Shown one piece after another: positions 38,726-54,366 of a stretch of DNA of 64,000 nt (positions are counted from its first letter, which is position 1; every line of letters starts with the position of its first letter). The position numbers and the translations under genes are program-made. Location: the NCBI RefSeq assembly GCF_006345805.1, contig NC_042998.1:18290001-18354000 (forward strand), given 5' to 3'. Below the pieces are notes generated by a model. That model saw nothing but the letters and a program-made list of their open reading frames with translations, was not told where the DNA came from and made no database searches. This DNA comes from Octopus sinensis (taxonomy: Eukaryota).

Positions 38726-39340
38726 GAAACAGTAGGGCATATTACCAGCCAATGTACGCCACTAGCCCTGAAGGAATATAAGAGACGCCACGACATTATA
38801 GCTAGGCTTGTACATTGGTCACTTTGCAACAAGTATTGACTTGACAGTGCAAAAAATTGGTACGACCACTAACCCGAAGGCATCATCGAAAATAAGAATA
38901 CAAAGATCCTATGGGATTTTATGATTCAGTACAACCATGAGATGGAGAATAGGAAGCCAGACATAGTCTTAATTGAGAAAGAAAACAAAGTATGCTGGAT
39001 CATAGATATAGCATGCCCAGCTGACAACTAGGTATGCAAGAACGAAGAAAGAAAAGTCGAGAGATATGACAGGTTAGCTTGGGAAGTTAAGCAGTTGTGG
39101 TCCACAGAAAAGGTAGCAGTAGTTCCAATAATTGTTGGAGCCCTGGGAACAATGAGCAAAAATCTCGAGAAGTACATGGAATAAATAGGATCTGCAATAC
39201 GGGTGGACCACTTGCAGAAAACAGTACAACTTAGAACCGCTCGAATACTCCGGGAGGTGCTCGAAAAATAAAAGGTGTTACCTTAGTTCACTGGTGGTGA
39301 ACAGCTGGCACCGTAGTGTTAGAAGCTGTGCAAAGGCAAT
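38726..39340 (+). mobile_element. R4/Dong-like LINE 3' fragment (REL endonuclease domain), frame intact with 4 stops
   Basis: ETVGHITSQC...YKRRHDIIARLVHW...KILWDF...RKPDIVLIEK...WIIDIACPADN...VPIIVGALG...RILREVLEK* (stop 39269-39271); flanked by (TAA/TAG)n. Confidence 0.9.
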
Positions 39341-39368
39341 GATAATAATAATAATAATAATAATGATG

Positions 39369-39407
<39 letters not shown>

Positions 39408-39564
39408 GAAAGTGTTATTACCATCAGAAATTAACAAAAACATATAATGAAAAGAAACATAACAAGTAACTGCATTATATGTGGAGATGGACAATACATC
39501 ATATCATCTTACGCTTTTGATTTGCATTTAAACAAGTTGACTCAAGGTCACGTGGTTGTTGTTG

Positions 39565-39604
<40 letters not shown>

Positions 39605-39611
39605 CATTATT

Positions 39612-39905
39612 ACCAAGTAGTCTTATTTTTATAATGTTCTCTGTCTGCACTATGAGCGCGGCTCTCTTTACCATGTGGATTCTTGGGGTTCTCTTACTTT
39701 CACTGTATTGAAAGTGTTTTATGTAGGATGCGTGCTGTATCTAATAGTACTATTTTCTGCATGTTATATATACTTATATGTCCTAGTGTTTTTTGTTATG
39801 TATTTTACTGTTTGTTTTTTTTTATATTATTCCTAATGCAAACACTGTAATTGCAATTGTTTCTATTTTTAGGATCCATATCCCAGTTACCTCTATTTCC
39901 AGACC
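39612..39905 (-). mobile_element. R4/Dong-like LINE extreme 3' fragment
   Basis: Minus translation LEIEVTGIWILKIETIAITVFALGII, a decayed 'LEIEVxRxWxLKxxTIPIIVGALG' motif; bounded by trinucleotide tracts. Confidence 0.65.
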
Positions 39906-39970
39906 TCTTCTTCTTCTTCTTCTTCTTCTTCTCTTCTTCTTCTTCTTATTATTATTATTATTATTATTAA

Positions 39971-40002
<32 letters not shown>

Positions 40003-40159
40003 GTAGTAGTAGTAGTAAATCTCAAGAATCTATCTAAGGGTTCTTGTAGTGTGTTGGATGTCATTTCTTCGCATGTCGACAATGCGAGTTTTAGTTCTAA
40101 TTTCTTTCGGTCCTTTCAACGTTTTAACTAGTCCACCAATTACTATAGGATTAATTCTT

Positions 40160-40345
40160 GGGTTGGCCTTCTAACGCCTCTTTTATGACATTCGACTCGT
40201 CTTTACATTCTGAGTTCAAATTTCACCGATACGATTTCGCCTTTCAACTTTGTGAGGGTCGATAAATTAAATACCAGTTAAATAGCTTGGTCGATGTAAT
40301 CTGATGGTGCTCTCTCATAAATTTCAGGCCTTGTGACTTTAGTAG
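40160..40345 (+). mobile_element. SINE family E variant, degraded
   Basis: TTCTGAGTTCAAATTTCACCGA...GGGTCGATAAATTAAATACCAGTT...TTTCAGGCCTTGTG. Confidence 0.6.
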
Positions 40346-40379
<34 letters not shown>

Positions 40380-40380
40380 T

Positions 40381-40750
40381 TGACTTTTTCTTTGCATTTG
40401 TACAAGTTGGCGTCCAGTCTCACCCAGAGACCTCAAGCAACAATAAGTTAGAAGTTCATGCTGGTGTTATGCCTAGGGTGACATACATTTTGTTTTGTAC
40501 ATAGTATTATTCATAATAATGTTTAACGAAATATAAGAAAATGAGTTTGTTTTATAATTTGAGGTAACATAGTCAGTATTTTATGTAGGATATGGGTAGT
40601 TCTCATGAGCACTATCTTTTTAATTTCTGCCCTTTTGGGGATTTCCTGGTATCTGAGTTAGGTAGCAATAGCCTCATTTGCTAGCATTCCTTGGGCACGT
40701 ATGCCAACAGGTATTGTTTTAGTTTTCAGGTTCTAAATTTTGCCAATTTC

Positions 40751-40751
<1 letters not shown>
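40381..40751 (-). mobile_element. 3' end of the same Dong-like family as 12122-13378
   Basis: Reverse complement matches ~13010-13378 (AAAATACTGACTATG, CATAACACCAGCATGAACTTCTAACTTA, CTGGGTGAGACT); flanked by (TTA)n. Confidence 0.85.
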
Positions 40752-40798
<47 letters not shown>

Positions 40799-42547
40799 TA
40801 CTATTATTAATAAACAATATCATTATCATCGTTATTTGTTATTCGACATTTTCTACAACATCTCTAAGTGCACCTATGTATCTTTGATTTGTTTGTTGCA
40901 ATTCGTGTTTTGCAAGTAGACAAGCGTGTCTAAGCAAATCCTTTCTGCGTTATTTTGGTTTTGACTGGTCTGCTTTTGATGGTATATAACTGTTTCATCT
41001 AACGCATAGCTAAAGCAATATTTTGGTGAATGTGTGCCGGTTGTTTTATCCACTGTGTAGTTTGTCATGATTTACAGTGTCATAAATGCAAAACTATCAA
41101 ATATTCTCTGTGTAGGCTTGTATAACATTAAACACTTACAGTTGAATACAATTCGAGTTATCGCAATCGGTAACGTACGCCGGATATTATTTATGTAGAA
41201 ATGTGAGCTGAGGTAGTTTTGGGGATACTAGCTGCGGAGGATCGGCTAATAAATTTTTACTATCCACAATGACACAAATTTCTGTATTAAACACAATATA
41301 CAAAAATCTTTACAGCGAGTGTTATTTTATCCTGGTCTTATACTCAATCTTCGTAGTATATAATACGTTTCAAAAGAAATAGTTATTTTATTATCACTTA
41401 AATTAGGTCGGAAAGCTTGTAGGAGCGTTAGCACACTGGACAAAACTTCTTTCCATCATTTCGTTTGTCTTTACAATCGCTGTTTACATTTCACCGAGGT
41501 CAATTTAGTTTTTAGAGTCGATGAATAAGTGACATTTGAGCAATTGGTTGGATGTAAGAGACTAGCCACCTTTTGCCCACATTAGTATTATCATTACTGA
41601 CATGAGACATAAGAATCGTTAGGTCGACCGAAATCAAACCTTGAATTATTTGTCCTAGTACATAACATGCTGAGTTCAAATGCTGCCGGAGTCAACGATG
41701 TCATTTAATCCATTGGAGTCGATAAAATAATGAACAGATAAAATACTGCTCCGCTTAAAACTGTTAGTTTCTCACCTAAATTGGAAAATTATTATTATTG
41801 TGATTATCATTATTAACAACAACAAGAACAAGAATAACAATTACAATAATAATAATAATAATAATAATAATGATAATAATAATAATAATATAATTTGCAA
41901 AGTCTGGTCGGTGGATGCTTGACAGATAATGTTCAATAGAATTTTCTAATAGTGTGAACGTGAATTAAAATATAAAAATCTAATGGGAAATGTTTTGTCA
42001 GTTTGGATATTAACAACACGCAGATGTTTATTGTGAGCATCGAAACATATAAGAAGAGTTGAGTGTATTACATACAGCAATCCGTGAACGTATCTCAACA
42101 AGACGTAATTAACCTAATGGGGTATAAATGATATAAGTCTAATCCTCATAGTTCCCGATGAGACGAGAGGGTTATGTATAACAATTGCATTATAAAATAA
42201 ATGTTACACATATGATCATTTAATCACGCCAATTACTCGAAAGATTTCCATGGTCAAGGGAGATGCCCCGATATAAAATGTTTCCAAGTATAACGCATGA
42301 CAACAGAAATATCAAATAGGACATTGACACAAAAAAGCAAGTAAAAGAGACACTCTTCTAATTACGGACTCATTTAACAGTACCAACTCATTATACAAAC
42401 AAGAACGTTGAGAAACGGCTTTCTAAAATATTATACATTTCACAAAAGATCCTATTTTCTGCGGAATTTGTTATTAAGGAAATACTGAAAAAAAAGTAAG
42501 GATAATATCATAAATCCATTTTACTTAGAGTTATACACAAAACATGA

Positions 42548-42614
<67 letters not shown>

Positions 42615-42986
42615 GTAATAACGATAATAATGATAGTAATAACACTAATAACAGAGTTTTAGGGCAAATAATGATTGATGAAATGGACAAGTATGTGAAG
42701 GTGATTTCATTGTTGCAGGAAAAGTATTAATGTTAGGTTTAGCGTAATGCCAAAACTTTTCGGAAGGGAGTCGCTAGCTCATAAAATGTGCCATATTTTA
42801 CTGAACTCGGAAGGATGAAAGATTTGAGCTCGGCGTTATTTGCGCACAGAATATCAAGGATATAATTGATGTACTTCGTTTACCATTTCAACAGGCCTTA
42901 TTAACAGTGGTATTATTGTTGTTATAATTATTAACAACAACAACAACAAGGATGATGATGATGATGATGATCATAATAATAATAAT

Positions 42987-43023
<37 letters not shown>

Positions 43024-43971
43024 TCAAAATAAATTATTAGAAAATTATGATGTAGATGATGATGTTTAACGGGAAAAAAGGGTCATGACAAAATGAGAGA
43101 CTGAGACAGATGAGACTGCTCCAACAGTTTGGTCCAGGGATAGGAACTTACAAAGGAGATAATTATTGGTTTAACTGGTTCATAAATTGCATATAATTTG
43201 TGGACCCAGAGCAATGAAAGGCACCGTTACAACCGGTGTTATTTGAAATCTATACAGAGCGCAGGACTCTATATCATTTTTTTTTCAATTTTGTTTGTTT
43301 ATGATCTTTCGATATTATCAATGGTCATTATTATCTTTATCATATTTACTGTCATTATCATTCGTAATAAAATTACTATTATTATCATTGTTATCCGAAA
43401 CTTCTCGTGTGGTTGATCGTTGGCTTTCAAAATTTACCATTTCATATTATGTGACTGACAATTATGTCACAAAAATTGAATAGATTAGAAATCATAATTA
43501 ATCATGTTTGGTTTCCTCTACAACATTAAAATGCGGTAAAAATAAAATAAAATTAGATTGTTCAGTAAAATATACACAAACTTCATATAAAATAGCATAT
43601 TCATTCATCTTCAAATTTTCATAGTATAACAATATTTGTCATATAATATATTTCTGCAAGCAATTCAACGTAACACAAGAATTAGCAGGGAATAGAAGTA
43701 GTAACAACTTAACAGGAACAAGTGAATATTTATACATAAATTTTGAGCCAGAAATATTTCCCAAACATTCACATATAGATGCACACAAAGAAACACGCTC
43801 AAAGAAACACACACAGATATACACACAAACAAACTCACACACGCATACACTCACATCAACATACACACATGTAAGACTATACATAATACATGTATACATG
43901 CATTCATACATATACATACAAATGTATAATTTCTTAATACATATATACATATGTATCTATGTATTTGTGTA

Positions 43972-44041
<70 letters not shown>

Positions 44042-44107
44042 CGTGCCTGCGTGTATATATGTGTATATCTCGCCCTGAAATTTAAAACTAATGTTTTACG
44101 CATTACA

Positions 44108-44319
44108 TACTCTTTTACTCTTTTACTTGTTTCAGTCATTTGACTGCGGCCATGCTGCAGCACCGCCTTTAATCGAGCAACTCAACCCCGGGACTTATTC
44201 TTTTCTAAGCTCAGTACTTATTCTATCGGTCTCTTTTGCATAACCGCTAAGTAACGGGGACGTAAACACACCAGCATCGGTTGTCAAGCAATGCTAGGGG
44301 GACAAACACAGACACACAA

Positions 44320-44350
<31 letters not shown>

Positions 44351-44514
44351 CATATATACGACGGGCTTCTTTCAGTTTCCGTCTACCAAATCCACTCACA
44401 AGGCTTTGGTCGGCCCGAGGCTATAGTAGAAGGCACTTGCCCAAGGTGCCACACAGTGGGACTGAACCCGGAACCATGTGGTTGGCAAACAAGCTACTTA
44501 CCACACAGCCACTC
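44108..44514 (-). mobile_element. SINE family C
   Basis: Standard head, body, internal CA/TA tract and (GTAAAAGA)n tail. Confidence 0.9.
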
Positions 44515-44800
44515 ATATATAAATGCATATATATTTCAATGATGTATATACACACATACATATATATGAATATATACATACACACAATCGCACACTTGTA
44601 TGAATATTGACTATACGTATACTTATCTATCGGTTTACCTCTGTGTATAAATATCAATATAGATATAACGTTACGTTGGCAAATAGATTTTTACTCCAGT
44701 GTCGTATTATTGTATGTCTCTCGTTGAGATATTTAGAATTAGAAATGTTCTATTATATATATGTATATATATATGTACATATATGTATATATATGTACAT

Positions 44801-45106
44801 ATCACGATCACGAGACCGACCAGACCATCAGATGTTGTTACACGTCGCTGGTCACAATGCGTTCGCATCGTTTTAGCCTTCGAATGACGCCACCCCGCTG
44901 GCTAAGCGAGCAGGCCAACAGAAGAAAGAGTGGGAGAAAGAGCGGTGAAAGAGTACAGCAGGGATCACCACCCCCTGCCGGAACCTCGTGGAGCTTTTTA
45001 GGTGTTTTCGCTCAATAAACACTCACAACACCCGGCCTGGGAATCGAAACCGTGATGCTACGACCGCGAGTCCGCTGCATTAACCACTGGGCCATTGCGC
45101 CTCCAC
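44801..45106 (-). mobile_element. SINE with family-A head and A2 tail
   Basis: TSD ATGTACAT(AT) at 44793-44802 and 45107-45116; tail homologous to 6126-6251. Confidence 0.85.
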
Positions 45107-45742
45107 ATGTACATATATATGAGTATTTATAATACTTATGTTAATAACGCTGTGAGTGACGAGTGACACATACTTACATATAAATAACTGGTCTTAAAGT
45201 ATTGCACTTAATATAATTAATGTATTGTTTACTTATTATACCACATGTTCCTAAAAGATATTTTCTCAATTCTGTTTCATATTTGGTTCAAGAAATAGCA
45301 GGATTTCGGTGGTGGTGCTTGAACGTCGGCCAGCGTGGCTCAACCGCACAAAAGAAAACTTACATGAAAAGTAACTAATCATTCAACATTACACAAAAAT
45401 ATAATTGCTCCTCGCGATGCTCTCCCTTTGAAACAAAATATATTTTATCAGATTCACAGTAACAAATGAAGTGCTTGCCCGTGATCCCTTGTGTATAAGC
45501 ATCCAGTTATACTTCTTACATTCAGTGCAGTGGTCCAAATATCCACAAATGTGAAGCTTAGTTAGGAACAAAACATATATGTTTGTGTGTATATATATGT
45601 ATATATATATATAACCACACATATATAAATGTGTGTGTATGCTTGTCTGCGTGTGCATCTAAACATATACATATGCCTGTATACAAGAAAACTATACGCT
45701 ATACTTATACATATACACACATACATATATACAATATTTATT

Positions 45743-45811
<69 letters not shown>

Positions 45812-45840
45812 GTATAGAGAGAGACGGAGAGGGAGAGAGT

Positions 45841-45909
<69 letters not shown>
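45841..45909. repeat. (GATA)n tetranucleotide microsatellite
   Basis: About 17 units, read directly. Confidence 0.95.
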
Positions 45910-46204
45910 GAAGAACGCTCTCACATACATACAAACACACACACAAACACACATGCACCTACGTGTTTGAGCGATCTATGATGTAATTCGTATGTAGAAT
46001 TTAGAAGAAACGTAAGTAATTCATAACGTGCTAGATGATCGCTTCCATTTCTGTAGGTATTGGCCAGCATTTCTAGTGATGTGAAGAAAAGCGACTGGGT
46101 GAATGTACAATTTTAGAGCAGAAGGCTCAGGAATTTGTTCAGGTTAAATTATTTAGATTATCTAGCAACGATGCCAAATAGAGTCTTTGAAAACTCAACA
46201 AAAC

Positions 46205-46500
46205 CAGTAACGGTTAAGATGTTGCACGCACGATCACAAGATTGTTAGTTCGATCTCTTCACCTGATGATACGTTGTGTTCTTGAGCATAACACTTCGTT
46301 TCTTGTTACACCCGTCTGCCCAACAGTAAATGGGCAACCTTATGACAGAGCAGTGTTTCGATCGGGTGTGTAGTGGGTGTTGGCCTACTCGCTCAGACAG
46401 CGGGTAGTCATTTTCGAACGCTAAAATGATGTAAGGTGCATTGTGACTTGCGATGTACATATAACATTGTTCGATTGTCTGATCAATCATGTGATCGTAT
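46205..46500 (+). mobile_element. Degraded SINE: family-B-like head and middle with A2 tail
   Basis: CGTTGTGTTCTTGAGCATAACACTT (B-like), then TGTTGGCCTACTCGCTCAGACAGCGGG...GTGATCG (A2 tail). Confidence 0.6.
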
Positions 46501-46558
46501 GTATATATACATGCATACATACATACATACATATATATATATATATGTACAGAGGTAA

Positions 46559-46602
<44 letters not shown>

Positions 46603-47010
46603 GATTGGATGACATATTTTACTTAAAAACACTGTAATTGTTGCCATACATCGTAATCACAGCCATCGGTCAAAGATGTAAGATTCATTTCTTTTGCTCA
46701 TTATTTTAAACTTTCGTCTGCAAATTACTGAAAATAGCACACAGCTGTGGATATTCAATCACATAGATAAACGCAACTTGCACATTTGAGATGGATGATG
46801 CTGATTACACGATATGATAACCATATTATGGTAACAATATATTACGGGTGTAATGATTTGTGGAAACAGCTGTAGAGATTTTAAATGAAGAATGTTCAAT
46901 CCATTTCTCTATATGCACCTGTTTCTATAAACTCTATGAATGATACGGAATTCCTGATGATTAGGCAATTTAAACTACATCTATCTCCCGCACTGTCTGT
47001 CTGTCTCTCA

Positions 47011-47060
<50 letters not shown>

Positions 47061-47314
47061 TTTTAGATTTGTCTGTTTTTATGGCTGAAGTAAGCTAGAA
47101 ATCAGAACTGAAGAACTTACTTGCGCTGCATGTTACTGTTTGATTTCAAAATATTTTTCATGTGTGTATATTTAACGCTGACTAGGGTAAAATATATAAT
47201 TATTTATCTTAATAGTCAAATTTATAATATATATGCAAGCTTATATGAGTACATATGTATACATACGCGTGTATTTGTGAGTGTACATCCACACTAATCC
47301 ATATGTATATATAG

Positions 47315-47352
<38 letters not shown>

Positions 47353-47396
47353 GTATAGTCAGATATATAAAAGTGCCTATGATTGTGTGTATATCC

Positions 47397-47466
<70 letters not shown>

Positions 47467-48112
47467 TAAACAGATAGATAGATAGACAGACAGTTACACC
47501 TGCGTATGTGTTTGTGTGTAGGGAATATCACATGTACGCTTTAAAACATAAATACATACACATGTTGCTACATGTTTGGAAGCCTTATTGTATATAATTT
47601 AGAAGTACTTAGTATTACCACTACATGTATACATATACACATGTATATGTAAATGAGGAAAATAAACCACCAAACGCAATATAAGTATTTGTTTATTTCG
47701 TACTAAGTAGAATACGAGGTATATGTATCACATTATATTTATTCTGTATTAAGTAGAATGTGAGCTCTTTATCACATAGTTATAATTGTTAATCCACGTC
47801 AAATTTGCAAATCATTGCAAACGAATTACAGGAACCGAAAAATAGAGTTAATATTTTGGAATTCATTATGAATTGTCGAATTACATGTTAAAGTTTTGAA
47901 AACGTAAAGCGAAACATTCCGTTAGTTCTAAATCAAATCCTCAAAGGAATAATTTATTTGGATGTAGAGAAACCAAACATGTGTACAAATTTACATGAAT
48001 ACGTATCTGAAATTTGCATATATTGCATTCACAGTTATCTATAAACTTGCAGATTAATATTCTCAAAGACACACATCTACGAATATATTTATAAGTTGAA
48101 CTGTTTTATAGG

Positions 48113-48169
<57 letters not shown>

Positions 48170-48200
48170 TATTTATACTTATAAATATCAACATATATAT

Positions 48201-48255
<55 letters not shown>

Positions 48256-48970
48256 TTATTTATACTTATAAATATCAACATATATATATATTATATATGC
48301 ATACCTATACCAGCACATACTTAAATCCGCATATATATTTCCATATATATATACATATACATATTCATATATACATATATATATATATTACATATGCATG
48401 TATGTATATATATATTCACATGTATGTATATGTATACGCACACGTATATGTAAATACATACATTTATATGCATGTTCGTAAATTTACGTGTGTAGTATGT
48501 GTGATGTACCGAGACAGCCATCTCGGTACTGACGTAAATACATGCATGCAAATGAATAAGGCTTCACATCTATGTTAATATTAACCAAGGCATATTTGTA
48601 AGTACGAGAATGTCCATGCGAGGGTTGTCTGGTATCACTATGTAGTCAAACACTATTTCTACAATGTATTGAAAACAATATATATATATATTGACACTGA
48701 ATAACTCAACACATTGTCTCCACCGTAACTTATATTGTTCACTATTTGTAATGTCCACAGCTGCGATATTAATAAAACCAAGCCCGCGCAATTAAAGCGC
48801 ATAAACATTCATATAAACCCTCACAAATATAACGAAATTATTCATGCATGTATATTGCTCTTTATTCACACATTATATACCAATATGTACACGCATAAGG
48901 GAATACGTTTATTTAATTATACATATATATGCATGCATACATGCACACACAGACAGACACACACACACAG

Positions 48971-49014
<44 letters not shown>

Positions 49015-49015
<1 letters not shown>

Positions 49016-49121
49016 GGAAATGACGAAAATGCTGACAAAATAATTTAAGTAATTTAAGTAATTTAATTAGGTGATTACTTAAATTACTTAAATTATTTTG
49101 TCACCATTTTCTTCATTTCCT
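49015..49121. repeat. Inverted repeat, 48-bp arms with 2 mismatches, 11-bp spacer
   Basis: AGGAAATGACGAAAATGCTGACAAAATAATTTAAGTAATTTAAGTAAT (49015-49062) and its near complement at 49074-49121. Confidence 0.9.
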
Positions 49122-50312
49122 TTTTTATATATCACAACTCGTGTTCCACATCTACTTTTTTAAATATATATATATATATATATACATATATATAAGTATA
49201 TATGGGGTCAATAGTGATACTTTGATTCCTTTATATTCGACTTATTACTCAATGGTTGTACATACGCATTCATTACTTGTCATATGCAAATAAGTTAACG
49301 CTAAAAACTGAGGGCTAATGAGGGATAAGGTAGATTGATCCGATGTTCATGTCACTGATATTTATTTATCTGTTTTGATGTTTTCTTTGGAGGGATGAAA
49401 ATGAAGTCGACCGCGCACGATTTTATATCAGAAATCTGATGTAACAGAGAGGCTCGAAACGATGCAGAGCTATGCAATATATGTGAACACTCTCCTCTAT
49501 TGATCATATCTACTAGCTTTTCACTTTAGATTATTTGTTAATGGTATATAATACTCGGATTGTTGTCTGCATAAATCCATTAGCAAGATCTTGACACCAC
49601 CAACGAACAGTTTCGAATAATACTTGCCATATACAATAAATTGTTGTTTTACGACTATTTTGTATCATTATATATTTTTTTCTATATCTGTTCCTCATTC
49701 GATTAAAACAAATGCCTTATTTCAACTGATGATAATTTTACGCAGTAAAAAATATGTTTTCTTTTTTAAATATATTAAAAATATGTAGGTATTCCATTGA
49801 ATCGCTGACTGCGAAAATATAATTTCATGAAGAAAAAATATATATAAACTTAAAGAAAAAAAAAACAGGAGAAAAATTAAAAACATTATTTGGAAGATTG
49901 CTGCTAGTAAACGAACAAATGGAAGAATGTTAGATAAAATTTGCATTTTCATACTTATGTAATTATGTAAAATATATCTGTTGAAAGACATTCATTTTCA
50001 GATTAAAACATGGATATTTTTTTTCTAAAATTCTATTTATGAAACAAGAAATGAACTTTTAATTTCATCTAATAGTGGAAACATATTTTATCAACACAAT
50101 GTTTATGCTATTTTTACATTTTGATTTCTCGTTTACATTCAACCCGTGATTATGAAATCAAATACATAATTAATAATAATGATTATCATTATTAATTATT
50201 TATTAATATTAACGATAATAATCAAGCCACTAATAAAATCATGATAATAATAATAATGATAATAATAATATTAATAATAATAATAACAATAATAACAATA
50301 TTAATAATAATG

Positions 50313-50351
<39 letters not shown>

Positions 50352-50454
50352 TCAAAATCAATGAAAAATCAATATTTTAACAAGAACAAAACAACAAAAA
50401 CAGCCAATATTTCTTCAACAGACTGGTTCAAATTTGTATGTATATATATGTATA

Positions 50455-50552
<98 letters not shown>

Positions 50553-50742
50553 GCTGCATAATTCCAGAGATACAATGAACCTTGCAACCTGGAATTACTG
50601 AATTATTGTTCATATATCTCAAGTCAATAATATTAGTTCGTCCTTCATAATAATATAACAGATAGATGCAATACACATTCACTCACACACACATGCCGGC
50701 ATACTCAATCCTCTTAAATTATACTTGGACTTACATATGTAA

Positions 50743-50798
<56 letters not shown>

Positions 50799-51229
50799 GT
50801 ATATTTATAGCTGAAGGATTAAAATTAATCAAAGGACATACTAAGTATGTCTACCTGCTGGAAATAACAGTGAAAACTATTATTTGAATCTCCAAAATAC
50901 ACTGACAATAACTCAGGAATCAACCGTCCGAAGGCAAACGGGCCAAGACAATCTCTCTGCATACATTCACATTTGGACTCGCGCAGACCGATTTCTGGAC
51001 TGGCATAACAGCCTCACCTTCCTCAGCACGCGTTACCATGATGGAGAGCTCCAACCCGTCATGTTGAAATATGCCGAATCATGTCAGCCACCAGTGTGAA
51101 TATAATTCCGATACGGAGCAAATAATTCACGAAATAATAATTTTTTCGTGAATTATTATCCTCGTGAAGTATTTGCTCTGTATACACACACACATATATA
51201 TATATATTTATATATACATACATACATAT

Positions 51230-51306
<77 letters not shown>

Positions 51307-51967
51307 TGTGTGTCAATGTTAGGGGCACTGTATAAATACAATATGTTTGCATACATATATATAATTCAATGTTATGTGTGCGTGAAAGAACATATATATA
51401 TACAGCATGCATCTATATTTCCCCTATTAATTTAGCCGATATATTCGTATTAAAATGTTTACTAACTGCATATACGTTGGACTAAAGGAATGTATATACC
51501 TGAAGAATTTCATGAATATGTTTTTATTCATGAGAAACGTGGTGAAAATATATATACATCTGTATGAGTGTGCACGTGTGCGTGTGTGTGTCCATGGAAA
51601 GAATTTAATCTGTAACATGTAGTGGGAGCATAGTACAAGAGTTATTGCTTTAGGACTGTGGAACTGTCCCTTAGCTACTATTATTCCCAAGGACACTTAG
51701 AATATCCTAGTATGGAGTTGTAATCGCGTTTAAAAGAAAAACTGCGCTGCAGTTGTTTCTGGCCGTCGTCTCGACCTGTGTTGTGCCGCTGGTTCTATAG
51801 CAGCTTGCATTGAAAAGTTGATTCATTACTGTGCAATACTTTATCCGGTCACAAAATATTCCCGCACAGGAATCATCTTGGAGCCTCGGAAAGCTTGCAC
51901 GGACATACTGATTTTGTGTCGCGGTCTTCCTCGATCAGACGTTGGTTACCACCTACGTGTTTATAAA

Positions 51968-52005
<38 letters not shown>

Positions 52006-52100
52006 TGTATGTATGCATACATGTATGTATGTATGTATGTATTCAGAGAGAGGGAGATAGAATAATGTATGTGACACATACGCTAATATATACGTGATTT

Positions 52101-52134
<34 letters not shown>

Positions 52135-52718
52135 ATATATATAATATATTATATGTATGTATATGTATATATATATAGGTATATTTCAAAATCTTTCTTG
52201 ATTGAACTTTGCAAATACATTTCGTAGGTTTTATTATTTTTTTTTAAGAAAGTAATATTTAATTAAACTTGTGTCTAGAAATATACTTTTATCGTTTTTA
52301 TTCGCAAAAATTTATCACGGACATATTTGCTTATTTATAATTAATGTTTCCCGTAAGTGGATCATAGAATATCGAATATCTTATAATATTACTAAAACTG
52401 GGGTATTTGTAAATTCGAATAGTTTATTTTAAATTCGTATGGACTATAAAAATGATTTTAGCTAATGAAACCTGTTGATCAAAAGAAACGTTTTAAGGCA
52501 AAATGAAATATTAACTGATTGCTCTTTTTATTCTTTGAAATATATTTTAGCAGTAACATATCTAAGAGTTGTCATAGATATATTGATTTAGTTTGAATGA
52601 TTGCTACATATGTTTCGAAATGTTCGAATGGTTTTGATTTTGCGTCTGCAATACTTAAACATACATGTTGAAAATCATATTATATTTTAAGATATGAATT
52701 GTGGTTAGTTGCTTCAAG

Positions 52719-52746
52719 TATATATATACATATATATATATACATG

Positions 52747-52817
<71 letters not shown>

Positions 52818-52820
52818 GTG

Positions 52821-52915
<95 letters not shown>

Positions 52916-52918
52916 ATA

Positions 52919-52956
<38 letters not shown>

Positions 52957-53007
52957 CATATATATATATATACTATATATATATATATATATATAATATA
53001 TATATAC

Positions 53008-53042
<35 letters not shown>

Positions 53043-53110
53043 CATATGCATATATATATATATACATATGCATATATACATATATATATATATTACACAT
53101 ACACACACAT
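52719..53110. repeat. (TA)n microsatellite
   Basis: Read directly. Confidence 0.9.
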
Positions 53111-53564
53111 ATAATTTGTAGGTAGGGTTATAACCCAAGCTGTGTGACTATGTATCACCCATGCATATGCTCCAGTACTCCAAAGTTGTATGTAGACGTT
53201 ATAACTGTATCAGGCATACATAAGAGTTGAAAATACTGGGAATAAATATTTGGTAGGTAATTACATAATTACCTTAAATATATACGATGGTGGAAATCAA
53301 TTTTCATGTTGTTTATTGACCACTACATGTACTCAAGGTGCTAATAGGAGTTCCATAATTGTACATGTAAGTAAAACATGTGCCCCCTATCACAAATTCT
53401 TCAGTCAATAATACTCAGCTTTCGAAACTCTATCAGCAAATGAAACACATGTCACGGTGAATAAATAATCCCCAATAAATAATCTGTTTCCTAATCCTCT
53501 CTTTTGATACATATACGTACATATATATATATATGTTTGTGTGCAGGAATTTCTATATATACTA

Positions 53565-53610
<46 letters not shown>

Positions 53611-54238
53611 TGCATGCATGCATGTATGTATGTATGTATTAAGAATTTAATGACGCTACTCCTATTTTTAATTTAGAGTTATCGAAGAAAATAGACTACG
53701 ATTCTTGAGTCTTTATATATAATGGAAGAGATAGGTGGTACTCTGTACTCCGAGTAAGCGCTGCTGATCGAGAAGACTCTGGTCAATTTCAATTCACTCT
53801 CGAACATCTACTCTTATATATATGCATGCATATGTGCCTCTTTACTCAGTTTCACTCGTTGGCTCCGACTATCGCCTATGGCAGTATATTCTTATAAAAC
53901 TGATGGAAAATGGTCTCTCACTTTGAATGGGCGTGAGGCATAAAAGCACATTTAGATCAGGTATTGAACCCTAAGAGAACATTTTATCAAAATTCGAATA
54001 TGATAAAATATCCTGTTACGTGAAACCTAATTTGTTGAAATTTACTAATATTATTAACGCCTATTTTTTCTCACTGCATATATAGTATGTGTTTGTACAT
54101 GATATGTACGTTCTACACACACAAACACACACACACATATACATATATATATACATATAGATACACACATATACGTGTATAAATATAGATGTATATACAT
54201 ATATAAGTAAATAAATATATACGTAGATATACAGGTAC

Positions 54239-54281
<43 letters not shown>

Positions 54282-54335
54282 AGCTTGACAGATTGGTATG
54301 CACACACATTTACGCACATTCTTTCAAACACTCAT

Positions 54336-54366
<31 letters not shown>

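Noticed and set aside
48165-48280. 29-bp sequence repeated at an 87-bp offset inside a TA tract
   Set aside because: Ordinary slippage duplication within a microsatellite.
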